The translations under genes were made by a program, and so were the position numbers. 24,000 nt of DNA from Thermodesulfobacteriota bacterium (GTDB lineage Bacteria > Desulfobacterota > Desulfobacteria > Desulfobacterales > Desulfosudaceae). The stretch is from assembly GCA_034189905.1 (NCBI GenBank), contig JAXHTY010000022.1:53795-77794 (forward strand), read 5' to 3'. Shown one piece after another: positions 10,688 through 18,621 of this stretch. Every line of letters starts with the position of its first letter. Positions within the stretch are counted from its first letter, which is position 1. The notes under the pieces are model-generated. The model worked only from the letters and a program-made list of their open reading frames with translations. It was not told the origin of the DNA and searched no databases.

Positions 10688-12991
10688 ATGAACGTAAGGA
10701 AAAGCCATTCCGCCCAATGGCAGATTTTTGTCATCTCCGGCGTTATTATCTTGCTGGGGACTCTGATCTATGCCAACACTTTTCATGTACCATTTATTTT
10801 CGATGATATCCACAATATTAAAGAGAACAGTCTTATCCGACTGACAACGATCACACCGGGAAAAATTCTTCAACTGAAAAACAGCCCTTGTCCGCATCGG
10901 CTCATAGCAAACTTTTCCTTTGCGTTAAATTACTTTTTTCATGATTATAACGTATTCGGGTATCACCTTATAAATCTGATCATCCACCTGATCACCGGTT
11001 TGCTGGTCTTTTTGACTGCCCGGCAGACCCTGCGCCTTACCGGTACCGATGACCGCTTTATTCCGGCATTGGCCGCCGTCCTCTGGCTGGTCAACCCTGT
11101 TCATACGCAGTCGGTCACATACATTGTTCAGCGGATGACAGCCATGGCCACCATGTTCTATCTGCTGGCCCTGTTCCTTTATATTAAGGCGCGGCTGATG
11201 CAGCACGATTTGCCGAAGAAAAAGGCTGCCCACATACTGCTGTTTGCCGGATGCGCCTTAGCCGGCCTGCTGGGGCTGGGCTCAAAAGAAATAGCCGCCA
11301 CGCTGCCGCTGTTTCTGTTTATTTATGAATGGTTTTTTTTTCAGGACCTGAATGGGCAGTGGGTGAAGCAACGACTTTTATGGATTGGCATTGCATGTCT
11401 GGCATTCTTGGCCATTGCCGCCGTCTACCTGGGAACCAGTCCGGTTGAAAAAATCCTGAAAGGTTATGGTCACAGAGACTTTACGCTAGGCCAACGCCTC
11501 CTCACAGAACCAAGGATCATACTTTACTATCTCTCGCTTCTTGTCTTCCCTCACCCGGACCGCCTGAACCTCAATTACGACATCAGTGTCTCCACATCCC
11601 TCATTGATCCTGCTACGACGCTGCTTTCAATTCTTACCCTATCCGGCCTTTTTGTCGTCACCATGGTTGCGGCCCCCAAAAACCGCTTGCTCGCTTTTGC
11701 AATCCTCTGGTTTTTGGGAAACCTGGTTATCGAATCCTCTTTTCTCAGCCTTGAACTCATTTTTGAACACCGTACCTACCTGCCTTCAATATTCATCATT
11801 ATTGTATTAACCACTGCCCTGCTGACATCCTCCCGCATCCGCAATACCGGCATTACAGCATTGTGCGTGACGATAGTTGTCTTCTGTTACTGGACGTATC
11901 AGCGCAATCAGGTTTGGGCCGATAAGGTTTCTCTGTGGAAAAACTGTTCAGACAAAGCGCCGGGGAGCCCAAGGCCATATATTAATATGGCTTCCGCACT
12001 GATGGAATCCGGGGATATGGCCCGGGCCAAAACGCTTTTTCAGAAAGCACTTCAACTCGACCCATCTAACGATGCAGCCCATAAGGAATATGGCCTGCTG
12101 CTCCTTGAAGAGGGTTTTACCGATCAAGCAATTGATCACTTTCGCAAAAGCATCGTCCTGAACCCACGGAATATTGCTGCTTATAATAATCTGGGATATG
12201 CCTTGCTTCGCAAGAACCAAACCCCAAAAGCGATTTCGGCGCTTGAAAAAGCCCGACATTTGAATCCTTACATCCCTGAAGTTCATTATAATCTTGCGAA
12301 AGCCTATCTGCAGAATGATCACACAACAACAACTTTTGACACAGCAGAAAAAGCTTTCCAGGAGGCCATTTCTCTCGATCCTCTCTATTACAAAGCATTT
12401 AACGATCTGGGCGCCTTATATCTTTTAACCGGACAAACAGACAAAGCTGTTCACGTTTTGAACGAGGCCATTCGCATCAATCCCGAGTATGCCCCGGCCC
12501 ATAAGAACATGGCTTTAACACTGAACCGTCAGGGGAACGCTTCCCAGGCACTCCATCATATACTTGAAGCTTGTCGTATTGCCCCGAACATCCCCGGTTT
12601 CCATATAACTGCCGGGGATATGCTGATGACACAGGGGAAAACGGAAGATGCCCAACATCATTACAGCAAAGCATTGTCTCTGGCCGGTGGGTCTCCCCGG
12701 CAAATTCTGCGTATCGGCAATCATTATGCCGGCGCAGGCCTGTATTCACAGGCAGTTCAAGCGTATCAAAAACTGGCCGCCTTAATGCCGGACAATCCCG
12801 CTGTTTTTTATAATCTTGCATGCCTGTATGCAAAACAAAAAAACCCGGAACAGACAATAGCCTATCTTGAAAAGGCCATCAATAATGGATATGATGATGT
12901 GGATCACCTGAAAACCGACAAGGACCTTGAGATTATCAGAAACACGGAATTCTACAAGAACATTCTACATAAATTGCAGGGTCGAAAATAA
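10688..12991 (+). CDS. TMTC-like multi-TM + TPR protein, copy 5 of 6
   Basis: 767 aa. Motifs FIFDDIHNIKENSLIRL, NPVHTQSVTYIVQRM, VIESSFLSLELIFEHRTYLPS, then TPRs and C-terminal KTDKDLEIIRNTEFYKNI. Confidence 0.92.
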   Translation: MNVRKSHSAQWQIFVISGVIILLGTLIYANTFHVPFIFDDIHNIKENSLIRLTTITPGKILQLKNSPCPHRLIANFSFALNYFFHDYNVFGYHLINLIIHLITGLLVFLTARQTLRLTGTDDRFIPALAAVLWLVNPVHTQSVTYIVQRMTAMATMFYLLALFLYIKARLMQHDLPKKKAAHILLFAGCALAGLLGLGSKEIAATLPLFLFIYEWFFFQDLNGQWVKQRLLWIGIACLAFLAIAAVYLGTSPVEKILKGYGHRDFTLGQRLLTEPRIILYYLSLLVFPHPDRLNLNYDISVSTSLIDPATTLLSILTLSGLFVVTMVAAPKNRLLAFAILWFLGNLVIESSFLSLELIFEHRTYLPSIFIIIVLTTALLTSSRIRNTGITALCVTIVVFCYWTYQRNQVWADKVSLWKNCSDKAPGSPRPYINMASALMESGDMARAKTLFQKALQLDPSNDAAHKEYGLLLLEEGFTDQAIDHFRKSIVLNPRNIAAYNNLGYALLRKNQTPKAISALEKARHLNPYIPEVHYNLAKAYLQNDHTTTTFDTAEKAFQEAISLDPLYYKAFNDLGALYLLTGQTDKAVHVLNEAIRINPEYAPAHKNMALTLNRQGNASQALHHILEACRIAPNIPGFHITAGDMLMTQGKTEDAQHHYSKALSLAGGSPRQILRIGNHYAGAGLYSQAVQAYQKLAALMPDNPAVFYNLACLYAKQKNPEQTIAYLEKAINNGYDDVDHLKTDKDLEIIRNTEFYKNILHKLQGRK

Positions 12992-12993
12992 AA

Positions 12994-15183
12994 ATGCAAA
13001 CGACAAAAACAGATAGCCACTGGCAAACACTTGCCGTACTTGCAGTAATGATTGCCCTCATCATTCTGATTTACGCCAACGCCCTTGACGCGCCCTTTGT
13101 TTTCGACGACATGCCGAATATAGTCGACAATCCTCATTTACGACTGACCGCCTTCACGCCGGAACGGCTTACCGGGGCAATAAAGGGGCCTTCCGGCAAT
13201 CGGCCCTTTGCATTTTTCTCCTTTGCCTTAAATTACTTCTTTCATGGTTATACTGTAAACGGATATCGCCTTGTAAATCTGATTATTCACCTGATAACCG
13301 GAATGCTGGTCTTTTTGACTGCCCGGCAGACCCTGTACCTCACAGGCACTGACAATCGTTTTATTCCTGTATTTGCTGCCGTTCTCTGGCTGTCAAGCCC
13401 CATTCACACCCAGTCGGTCACATACATTGTTCAGCGGATGACAGCCATGGCCACCATGTTTTACCTGCTGGCCATGTTCCTTTATATAAAAACACGGCTG
13501 GTACAGCGCGATTTTCCGGAAAAAAAGACTATCCCGATACTCTTGTTTACCGGATGTGCAGTGGCTGGGATTCTAGGGCTGGGTTCAAAGGAAATAGCCG
13601 CCACGCTACCGCTGTTTCTGCTGCTGTATGAATGGTTCTTTTTCCAGAATCTGAACGGGCAGTGGATGAAACAACGGCTTTTGTGGATTTGTATTGCATG
13701 CGTAGCCATTGTTGCCATTGCCGCCATTTACCTTGGCACAAGCCCGATTGAGAAAATACTTGGTATGTACGATAAGCAAGATTTTACCATGGGCCAACGC
13801 CTGCTCACCCAGCCGGGAGTCGTGCTCTACTATCTGTCCCTTTTGCTGTTCCCCCATCCCGGCCGCCTGAATCTGGATTACGATTTTCCGGTATCAACAC
13901 TTGTGAACCATCCGCTTACGACAGCCCTGACCATCCTTGCTATTGCCGGCCTCCTGATGGGCGCGATTTCCCTGGCCAAAAAACATCGACTCCTCTCATT
14001 TGCCATTCTGTGGTTTCTGGGCACCCTGGTTGTTGAATCATCGTTTTTGGGACTTGCCCTGGTGTTTGAACACCGCATCTACCTGCCTTCGGTATTTGTG
14101 CTGATTGCATTAACCGCTGCCCTGCTAACACCTTCACACTCCCGCCGCGTCGGTATTGCACTATTGTGCACCGCCACTGTTGTCTCTTGTTTCTGGACAT
14201 ACCAGCGAAACCGGATATGGACCGACAGTATTTCACTCTGGAAAGACTGTATCGCCAAAGCACCCGATAATGGACGACCGTACAACGGCCTGGGCGGGGC
14301 GTTTCAGGAAGCCGGGGACTATGAAAAAGCGCAGTTAAACTTTGAAAAAGCCATTCATCTCAACCCTGACGATTACAGGGTGAACAATAACCTGGGGGCC
14401 CTCCTGCTTGGCACCGGTAAACCAATGGACGCGATACCTTATTTTCAGAAAGCCCTGACAATCAACCCTGAATATCATGAGGCCTATTGCAACCTGGGCG
14501 TCGCGCTGGATCGGATAAACCAGCAAGAGGAAGCAATCCGGTCTTTTGAAAAAGCTTTGGCGATCTATCCCGATTATGCCGAGGCCCACAACAACCTCGG
14601 GTCCACTCTGCTGAATACCGGAAAGCCACAGGCGGCAATATTCCACTTTAAAAAAGCCGTCCGTATCAATCCTTTATATCCCGAAGCTTACAGCAACCTC
14701 GGCCTGGCCCTGATGAACCAGAAAAAGGTCGACCAGGCCATCGGATATTATCAAAAATCCCTGAAACTTTCACCGGAATCAGCCAACACCCATTTTAACC
14801 TCGGCTCGGCGTATTTCATGAAAGGCGACATTCCAAAAGCGATCCATCACCTGGAACAATCGGCTGCCATCAACCCCGCTTCCATTCTTGTGCTGAACAA
14901 CCTGTCCACCCTTTATACCATGGACAAGCAGTACGACAAGGCGATTGCAATACTGGACCAAATTGAAGCGCAACTGCCGGCGAACCCTACGGTCCACTAT
15001 AACAAGGCCTGTGTTTACTCGCTGGCCGGTCGTAAAGAGGCTGCTGTCACAAGCCTGGAAAACGCCATCCGCCTCGGCTATAATAAATGGCACCAGATAA
15101 GGACCGATTCCGACCTGGAAAACATACGGGATACAGCCTATTATAAAAAGCTTGAACAAGCAGTACTTTCTTCTTCGCCATAG
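12994..15183 (+). CDS. TMTC-like multi-TM + TPR protein, copy 6 of 6
   Basis: 729 aa. Starts 2 nt after the stop of copy 5. Motifs FVFDDMPNIVDNPHLRL, SPIHTQSVTYIVQRM, VVESSFLGLALVFEHRIYLPS, then TPRs and C-terminal RTDSDLENIRDTAYYKKL. Confidence 0.92.
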   Translation: MQTTKTDSHWQTLAVLAVMIALIILIYANALDAPFVFDDMPNIVDNPHLRLTAFTPERLTGAIKGPSGNRPFAFFSFALNYFFHGYTVNGYRLVNLIIHLITGMLVFLTARQTLYLTGTDNRFIPVFAAVLWLSSPIHTQSVTYIVQRMTAMATMFYLLAMFLYIKTRLVQRDFPEKKTIPILLFTGCAVAGILGLGSKEIAATLPLFLLLYEWFFFQNLNGQWMKQRLLWICIACVAIVAIAAIYLGTSPIEKILGMYDKQDFTMGQRLLTQPGVVLYYLSLLLFPHPGRLNLDYDFPVSTLVNHPLTTALTILAIAGLLMGAISLAKKHRLLSFAILWFLGTLVVESSFLGLALVFEHRIYLPSVFVLIALTAALLTPSHSRRVGIALLCTATVVSCFWTYQRNRIWTDSISLWKDCIAKAPDNGRPYNGLGGAFQEAGDYEKAQLNFEKAIHLNPDDYRVNNNLGALLLGTGKPMDAIPYFQKALTINPEYHEAYCNLGVALDRINQQEEAIRSFEKALAIYPDYAEAHNNLGSTLLNTGKPQAAIFHFKKAVRINPLYPEAYSNLGLALMNQKKVDQAIGYYQKSLKLSPESANTHFNLGSAYFMKGDIPKAIHHLEQSAAINPASILVLNNLSTLYTMDKQYDKAIAILDQIEAQLPANPTVHYNKACVYSLAGRKEAAVTSLENAIRLGYNKWHQIRTDSDLENIRDTAYYKKLEQAVLSSSP

Positions 15184-15357
15184 CTTGGATGCATATGACA
15201 TTTTTTGTCACAAAAAAACACAAAAATACGGCATCTGCTTTCATTACCAGGTCTTCATTCCGGTCGGCTTATAGATTTAACTATTTGAAAAAATTTTGTT
15301 AATAGCAATCGACCCAATAAATCTCAAAACGGCACCCCCATTGCATATCAAAACTAG

Positions 15358-15439
15358 TGCAGAAATGGGATTGCGACCGCATTTTTATTCTGCAAAACGG
15401 CTTAGGAAAATTAACATGTTGTTTTTATTAATCTAAGCC
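15358..15439. repeat. Two consecutive inverted repeats in the regulatory region upstream of the acidic fibre-like gene
   Basis: TGCAGAA (15358-15364)/TTCTGCA (15388-15394), and GGCTTAG (15399-15405)/CTAAGCC (15433-15439), the latter with inner TTAA/TTAA. Confidence 0.5.
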
Positions 15440-15478
15440 AGATGTCTGCAAAAAAAAAGGCTGCTCAGATTTTTTTGC

Positions 15479-15506
15479 TTGACAAAAAAACAGGATGTGG
15501 TAAAAA
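15479..15506 (+). promoter_or_regulatory. Candidate sigma70-type promoter for the 15713 gene
   Basis: TTGACA (15479-15484), 16 nt spacer, TAAAAA (15501-15506; a 17 nt spacer gives AAAAAT). It would give a ~200 nt leader containing the riboswitch candidate. Confidence 0.4.
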
Positions 15507-15590
15507 TGATGGAACATAAACGCTGTTTACAGAGATGAAAGGGGGTGAGGCTTCCAAAATCTCATTTTTGTAATACACATATAGTGTATA

Positions 15591-15682
15591 TTTAGAGAAA
15601 AAGCCAAACCCCGGGCAACCGGGGGGCGGAAAGCCACGAATCCATAAGGACATTCCCTGTGGAGAGTCGGGCCGCCTCTGGG
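15591..15682 (+). promoter_or_regulatory. GEMM-I-like cyclic dinucleotide riboswitch candidate
   Basis: AAAGCCAAACC-CCGG-GCAA-CCGG-GGGGCGGAAAGCCACG resembles the GEMM-I core GGCAAACC-stem-GNRA-stem-GG(A)CGCAAAGCC(ACG). The CCCCGG/CCGGGG stem (15609-15614/15619-15624) is closed by a GCAA tetraloop. Outer P1-like pairing UUUAGAG (15591-15597)/CUCUGGG (15676-15682). Followed by SD AGGGAG and ATG at 15713. Confidence 0.5.
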
Positions 15683-15712
15683 AAAAAACCTTAAACCTGG
15701 AGGGAGTAAAAG

Positions 15713-16237
15713 ATGAAAAAATTATTAGTAGCGTTAGTCGTAGGTGCATTAATGGTTCTGCCGATGTCTGCAATGGCTATGGATTCTATTTCAGATGCTG
15801 ATCTCGGCGGCATCACCGGTCAGGCCGGTGTTACCATCGCCTTTGGCGGCAATCAGACCACAGAAGTGACTTTTGACGCCGTATCCTGGGGCGATCCCGA
15901 TGGCATGGGTGGTGCTAACCAGACTGCCGGTTGGGTCATTTTTGACGGCACAATTGGCATCTCCGTAATCATCGCCGACGGTGAGATGCTGACCATTGAC
16001 GTTGCAACAGCTAATGGTGCTGCATACAGCGTTGGCAATGTTACTATTGCTGACGGCACGACCTTTGTCGCCATTGGCCTGCCCAGCCAGACCATCAATG
16101 TGGACACACCGTCTACGCTGGCCATTGGCCTTGGCACCAGCGCGGGTAGCATTGCCGGCACAATCGGTCTGCTGAACCTGGAAAACCTGAGTGTTTCCCC
16201 GGGTACGCCTGACGCGCTCTACATTTACGCACATTAA
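15713..16237 (+). CDS. Small acidic Sec-exported beta-rich protein with 'DxxLxxITGQAGV' N-terminal motif (DUF6160-like putative pilus/fibre protein)
   Basis: 174 aa. Signal peptide MKKLLVALVVGALMVLPMSAMA then MDSISDADLGGITGQAGVTIAFGG. The mature part has no Lys, Arg or Cys, about 15 Asp/Glu, and is Gly/Thr/Ala/Ile-rich. Strong SD and leader. Confidence 0.85.
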   Translation: MKKLLVALVVGALMVLPMSAMAMDSISDADLGGITGQAGVTIAFGGNQTTEVTFDAVSWGDPDGMGGANQTAGWVIFDGTIGISVIIADGEMLTIDVATANGAAYSVGNVTIADGTTFVAIGLPSQTINVDTPSTLAIGLGTSAGSIAGTIGLLNLENLSVSPGTPDALYIYAH

Positions 16238-16280
16238 TTCAAGTTCTTAATGAATATTATGCGTAATTGCACAAAAATGT

Positions 16281-16318
16281 CCCCTGGAGTGGAATCTCCC
16301 CATTCCAGGGGATTTTTT
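16281..16318 (+). terminator. Intrinsic terminator after the acidic fibre-like gene
   Basis: CCCCTGGAGTGG (16281-16292)/CCATTCCAGGGG (16300-16311), a 12-bp stem with one G-U pair and a 7-nt loop, followed by attttttcc. Confidence 0.9.
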
Positions 16319-16409
16319 CCCTTTACAGACCAGCATTTTTGTTGTATAGTTAAATACATACAATAAAATGTGGCTATCAGGAGAGGACAGAAATGGAGAA
16401 CATATCAGC

Positions 16410-17408
16410 ATGAACACCAAGAAATGTTTTTCATCCAGCCTGCCTGCTCTTTTTCTCATTATTGTCGGATTATCAGTTCTATCTTCTGTTGTTCCCACCG
16501 CCCATGCTGTGACACTGCTTTCAGACAAAACCATTGCCCAGATTTACGGCGGTCAGCAGGTTATTATTGAAGTTGAAAACGGGTCAGCCGCTTTTTTTAC
16601 CATTGATGATGTTTACTGGGGTGATGCAGACGGCTTTGGCAATGCCACCAGCCCCGGCTATATCGATATTCAGGTCCCGTATAAAAATTTTCAATATGAC
16701 GCATTTCGATATCAGTTCAACACCAAGGAAGACGCCGATGCCTTCATTGAAGCTCTGGATGACCTGACCTATATGGATATAGAGGTCGAGGATACGGAAT
16801 TTTTCTACAAAGTCCCCAATGCCCAGGATATCGGCATAAACGATACCACTGGCAGAGAGATTGATTATGTAATTGTTACCACAGACAGATCGGTCCCTAG
16901 CAATATTATACAAAACCACAGAGGAACTGTCATCAGCCAGGAAATCCAATTTACCATTTCTTTCCCCGACGAAGAAGACCCATACCGGAAAACGTACGAA
17001 ACCGTCACCTATGACGCGGCCAATGATGAGTTTGTCTTCGATTCAGCAGACTACGGTCAGTTCATCACTGAAGTTCACAATACGGGCAATCAGCCCATTC
17101 GGGACAGTGAAGGCAACATAATTGTGCCGACAGACACAACTTACTTACAAGCTCGCACTGCCACGCTCCAAGTGGATAGCCCCATGATCGCCTTTTCCAT
17201 TGCTCTGATTCCGGAGGGTGATGTGCCCATTCCCGATAGATTCATGCAGAACCCCACCAGCACGCCGAGTCACTACCCTGATTTTGACGCTGCCAATGAC
17301 CCAGGAAGGCAACTGGGATACTTCGGCATTTCTGACCTCCAGGTGCGAATCGGCGGCGGAGAACCCATCTATGTCTACGAATCAGATATTGTCTATCCTT
17401 TTGAATAA
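16410..17408 (+). CDS. Second secreted protein with double-glycine-like motif; putative minor fibre/surface subunit
   Basis: 332 aa from ATG at 16410 (track start 16368 lacks a signal-like N-terminus). MNTKKCFSSSLPALFLIIVGLSVLSSVVPTAHA then VTLLSDKTIAQIYGGQQVIIEV. Shares DxxxWGDxDGxGxAxxxG with the 15713 product (AVSWGDPDGMGGANQTAGW versus DVYWGDADGFGNATSPGYI). Confidence 0.8.
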   Translation: MNTKKCFSSSLPALFLIIVGLSVLSSVVPTAHAVTLLSDKTIAQIYGGQQVIIEVENGSAAFFTIDDVYWGDADGFGNATSPGYIDIQVPYKNFQYDAFRYQFNTKEDADAFIEALDDLTYMDIEVEDTEFFYKVPNAQDIGINDTTGREIDYVIVTTDRSVPSNIIQNHRGTVISQEIQFTISFPDEEDPYRKTYETVTYDAANDEFVFDSADYGQFITEVHNTGNQPIRDSEGNIIVPTDTTYLQARTATLQVDSPMIAFSIALIPEGDVPIPDRFMQNPTSTPSHYPDFDAANDPGRQLGYFGISDLQVRIGGGEPIYVYESDIVYPFE

Positions 17409-17721
17409 TAACTAGCGCTTTATTAAACAACTCCCATACCCTTTATAACTTTCTCCCGGTATACAATATCCAAAGCGTGTTTTATCCCAATCACTCCTTG
17501 TCTCCATTTTTCCCGCCCTTTTGTGCTCCCGACTATCCTTTCATACGACCAAACAAGATTAATACCTATTTTCATCAATCCGGACGTGTTGCTAAAACTG
17601 ACGGCTGATGGGCTCCTGTGTTTATATCGGTACAACCTCTCAGGCCTTTTGGAACAGCATCAATCTCAACATTTTCGATCAAAATACCTTGCGTGGATAA
17701 AATTTCTAAAAAATTGTATTT

Positions 17722-17777
17722 TTGCTTTACAAGCCCATTTTCATATGATATTTGGTTAATAGTAAACAATGTTTACT
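17722..17777 (+). promoter_or_regulatory. Candidate promoter plus palindromic operator upstream of the C39 peptidase operon
   Basis: TTGCTT (17722-17727), 16 nt spacer, TATGAT (17744-17749). The perfect palindrome AGTAAACA-a-TGTTTACT lies at 17761-17777, where the transcription start would be expected. Confidence 0.4.
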
Positions 17778-17817
17778 GTTTGATATTGGGGGATCTAAAG
17801 GCAGGAGTCTTCATAAA

Positions 17818-18576
17818 ATGCATATATTGGTTGCTTTTGTTATCGCTGTTGCGCTCATCTCCGGATTTAAGCCTATCAAGGAAGTACCGGACAACGAAAT
17901 TCGAATCGCCGTCAATACCGATGGGGGGATTGTCCCCAACCTTCCGCCTGAAGTTGAAATTCGTCATGAAATAGGACCGGCGTCGGAAATCAACTTTAAA
18001 CATATTGTCACGCAGCAATTTGATTATAGCTGCGGCTCCGCAGCCCTGGCCACCATACTGCGATACCAGCTTGGGGAAAAATTCACTGAGACCCAGGTTA
18101 TTGCCGGCCTTTTCCGGTATGGCGACAAGGAACAGGTTGAAAAGAAGCGCGCGTTTTCACTGCTTGACATGAAGAAGTTCGTGGGCGTTCTGGGCTACAA
18201 CGGGGTGGGCTACCGGGCCGATATAGAAGACCTCAAAGATCTGAACATGCCATGCATTGTCCCCATCGAAGTGTTTGGTTACCGACATTTTACCGTTTTC
18301 AAGGACGTTTATAGAGGGCACGTCTTTCTTGCCGACCCGTATCGGGGGAATTCCAGTTATACCATCGATCAGTTCGAAAAAATATGGCACCAGAATGTTA
18401 TTTTTGTCGTGTATCCCAGAGGGGAAGAGCAGCTTTCACTGCTGGAATTATCCCATCGTGACCTTCGATTTATTGACGAGGCCATGGAATACGACATCCT
18501 CTTTAATGGTCAGCCGCCTTTGGACAGCCTGCCGCCGGAACCGGACACAGGCGGAAGACAGCGCTTCAGGTATTAA
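17818..18576 (+). CDS. Sec-exported C39-family (double-glycine-type) cysteine peptidase, FapD/FilB-like
   Basis: ATG at 17818 preceded by AGGAG. N-terminal hydrophobic segment MHILVAFVIAVALISG. C39 signature TQQFDYSCGSAALATILRYQ (oxyanion Gln and catalytic Cys), YRHFTVF (His), VFLADPYRG (Asp). No ABC transporter domains. Confidence 0.88.
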   Translation: MHILVAFVIAVALISGFKPIKEVPDNEIRIAVNTDGGIVPNLPPEVEIRHEIGPASEINFKHIVTQQFDYSCGSAALATILRYQLGEKFTETQVIAGLFRYGDKEQVEKKRAFSLLDMKKFVGVLGYNGVGYRADIEDLKDLNMPCIVPIEVFGYRHFTVFKDVYRGHVFLADPYRGNSSYTIDQFEKIWHQNVIFVVYPRGEEQLSLLELSHRDLRFIDEAMEYDILFNGQPPLDSLPPEPDTGGRQRFRY

Positions 18577-18621
18577 AAAAACAGAAAGCCAAATATTCAG
18601 ATAAAGCCGGGAGGTAGCAAA

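Noticed and set aside
15791-16234. 147-aa minus-strand ORF opposite the acidic secreted protein
   Set aside because: It reflects the biased composition of the sense gene. The sense strand has an SD, a signal peptide and a terminator.
17423-17769. Two minus-strand ORFs (17423-17635 and 17575-17769) that might be a decayed gene between the 16410 gene and the peptidase
   Set aside because: They are short, overlap in different frames and have no recognisable family motif. A degraded gene is possible but not supportable without a search.
17618-17974. 118-aa plus-strand ORF overlapping the C39 peptidase start
   Set aside because: Out of frame with the peptidase. The peptidase frame has an SD, a signal segment and catalytic motifs.
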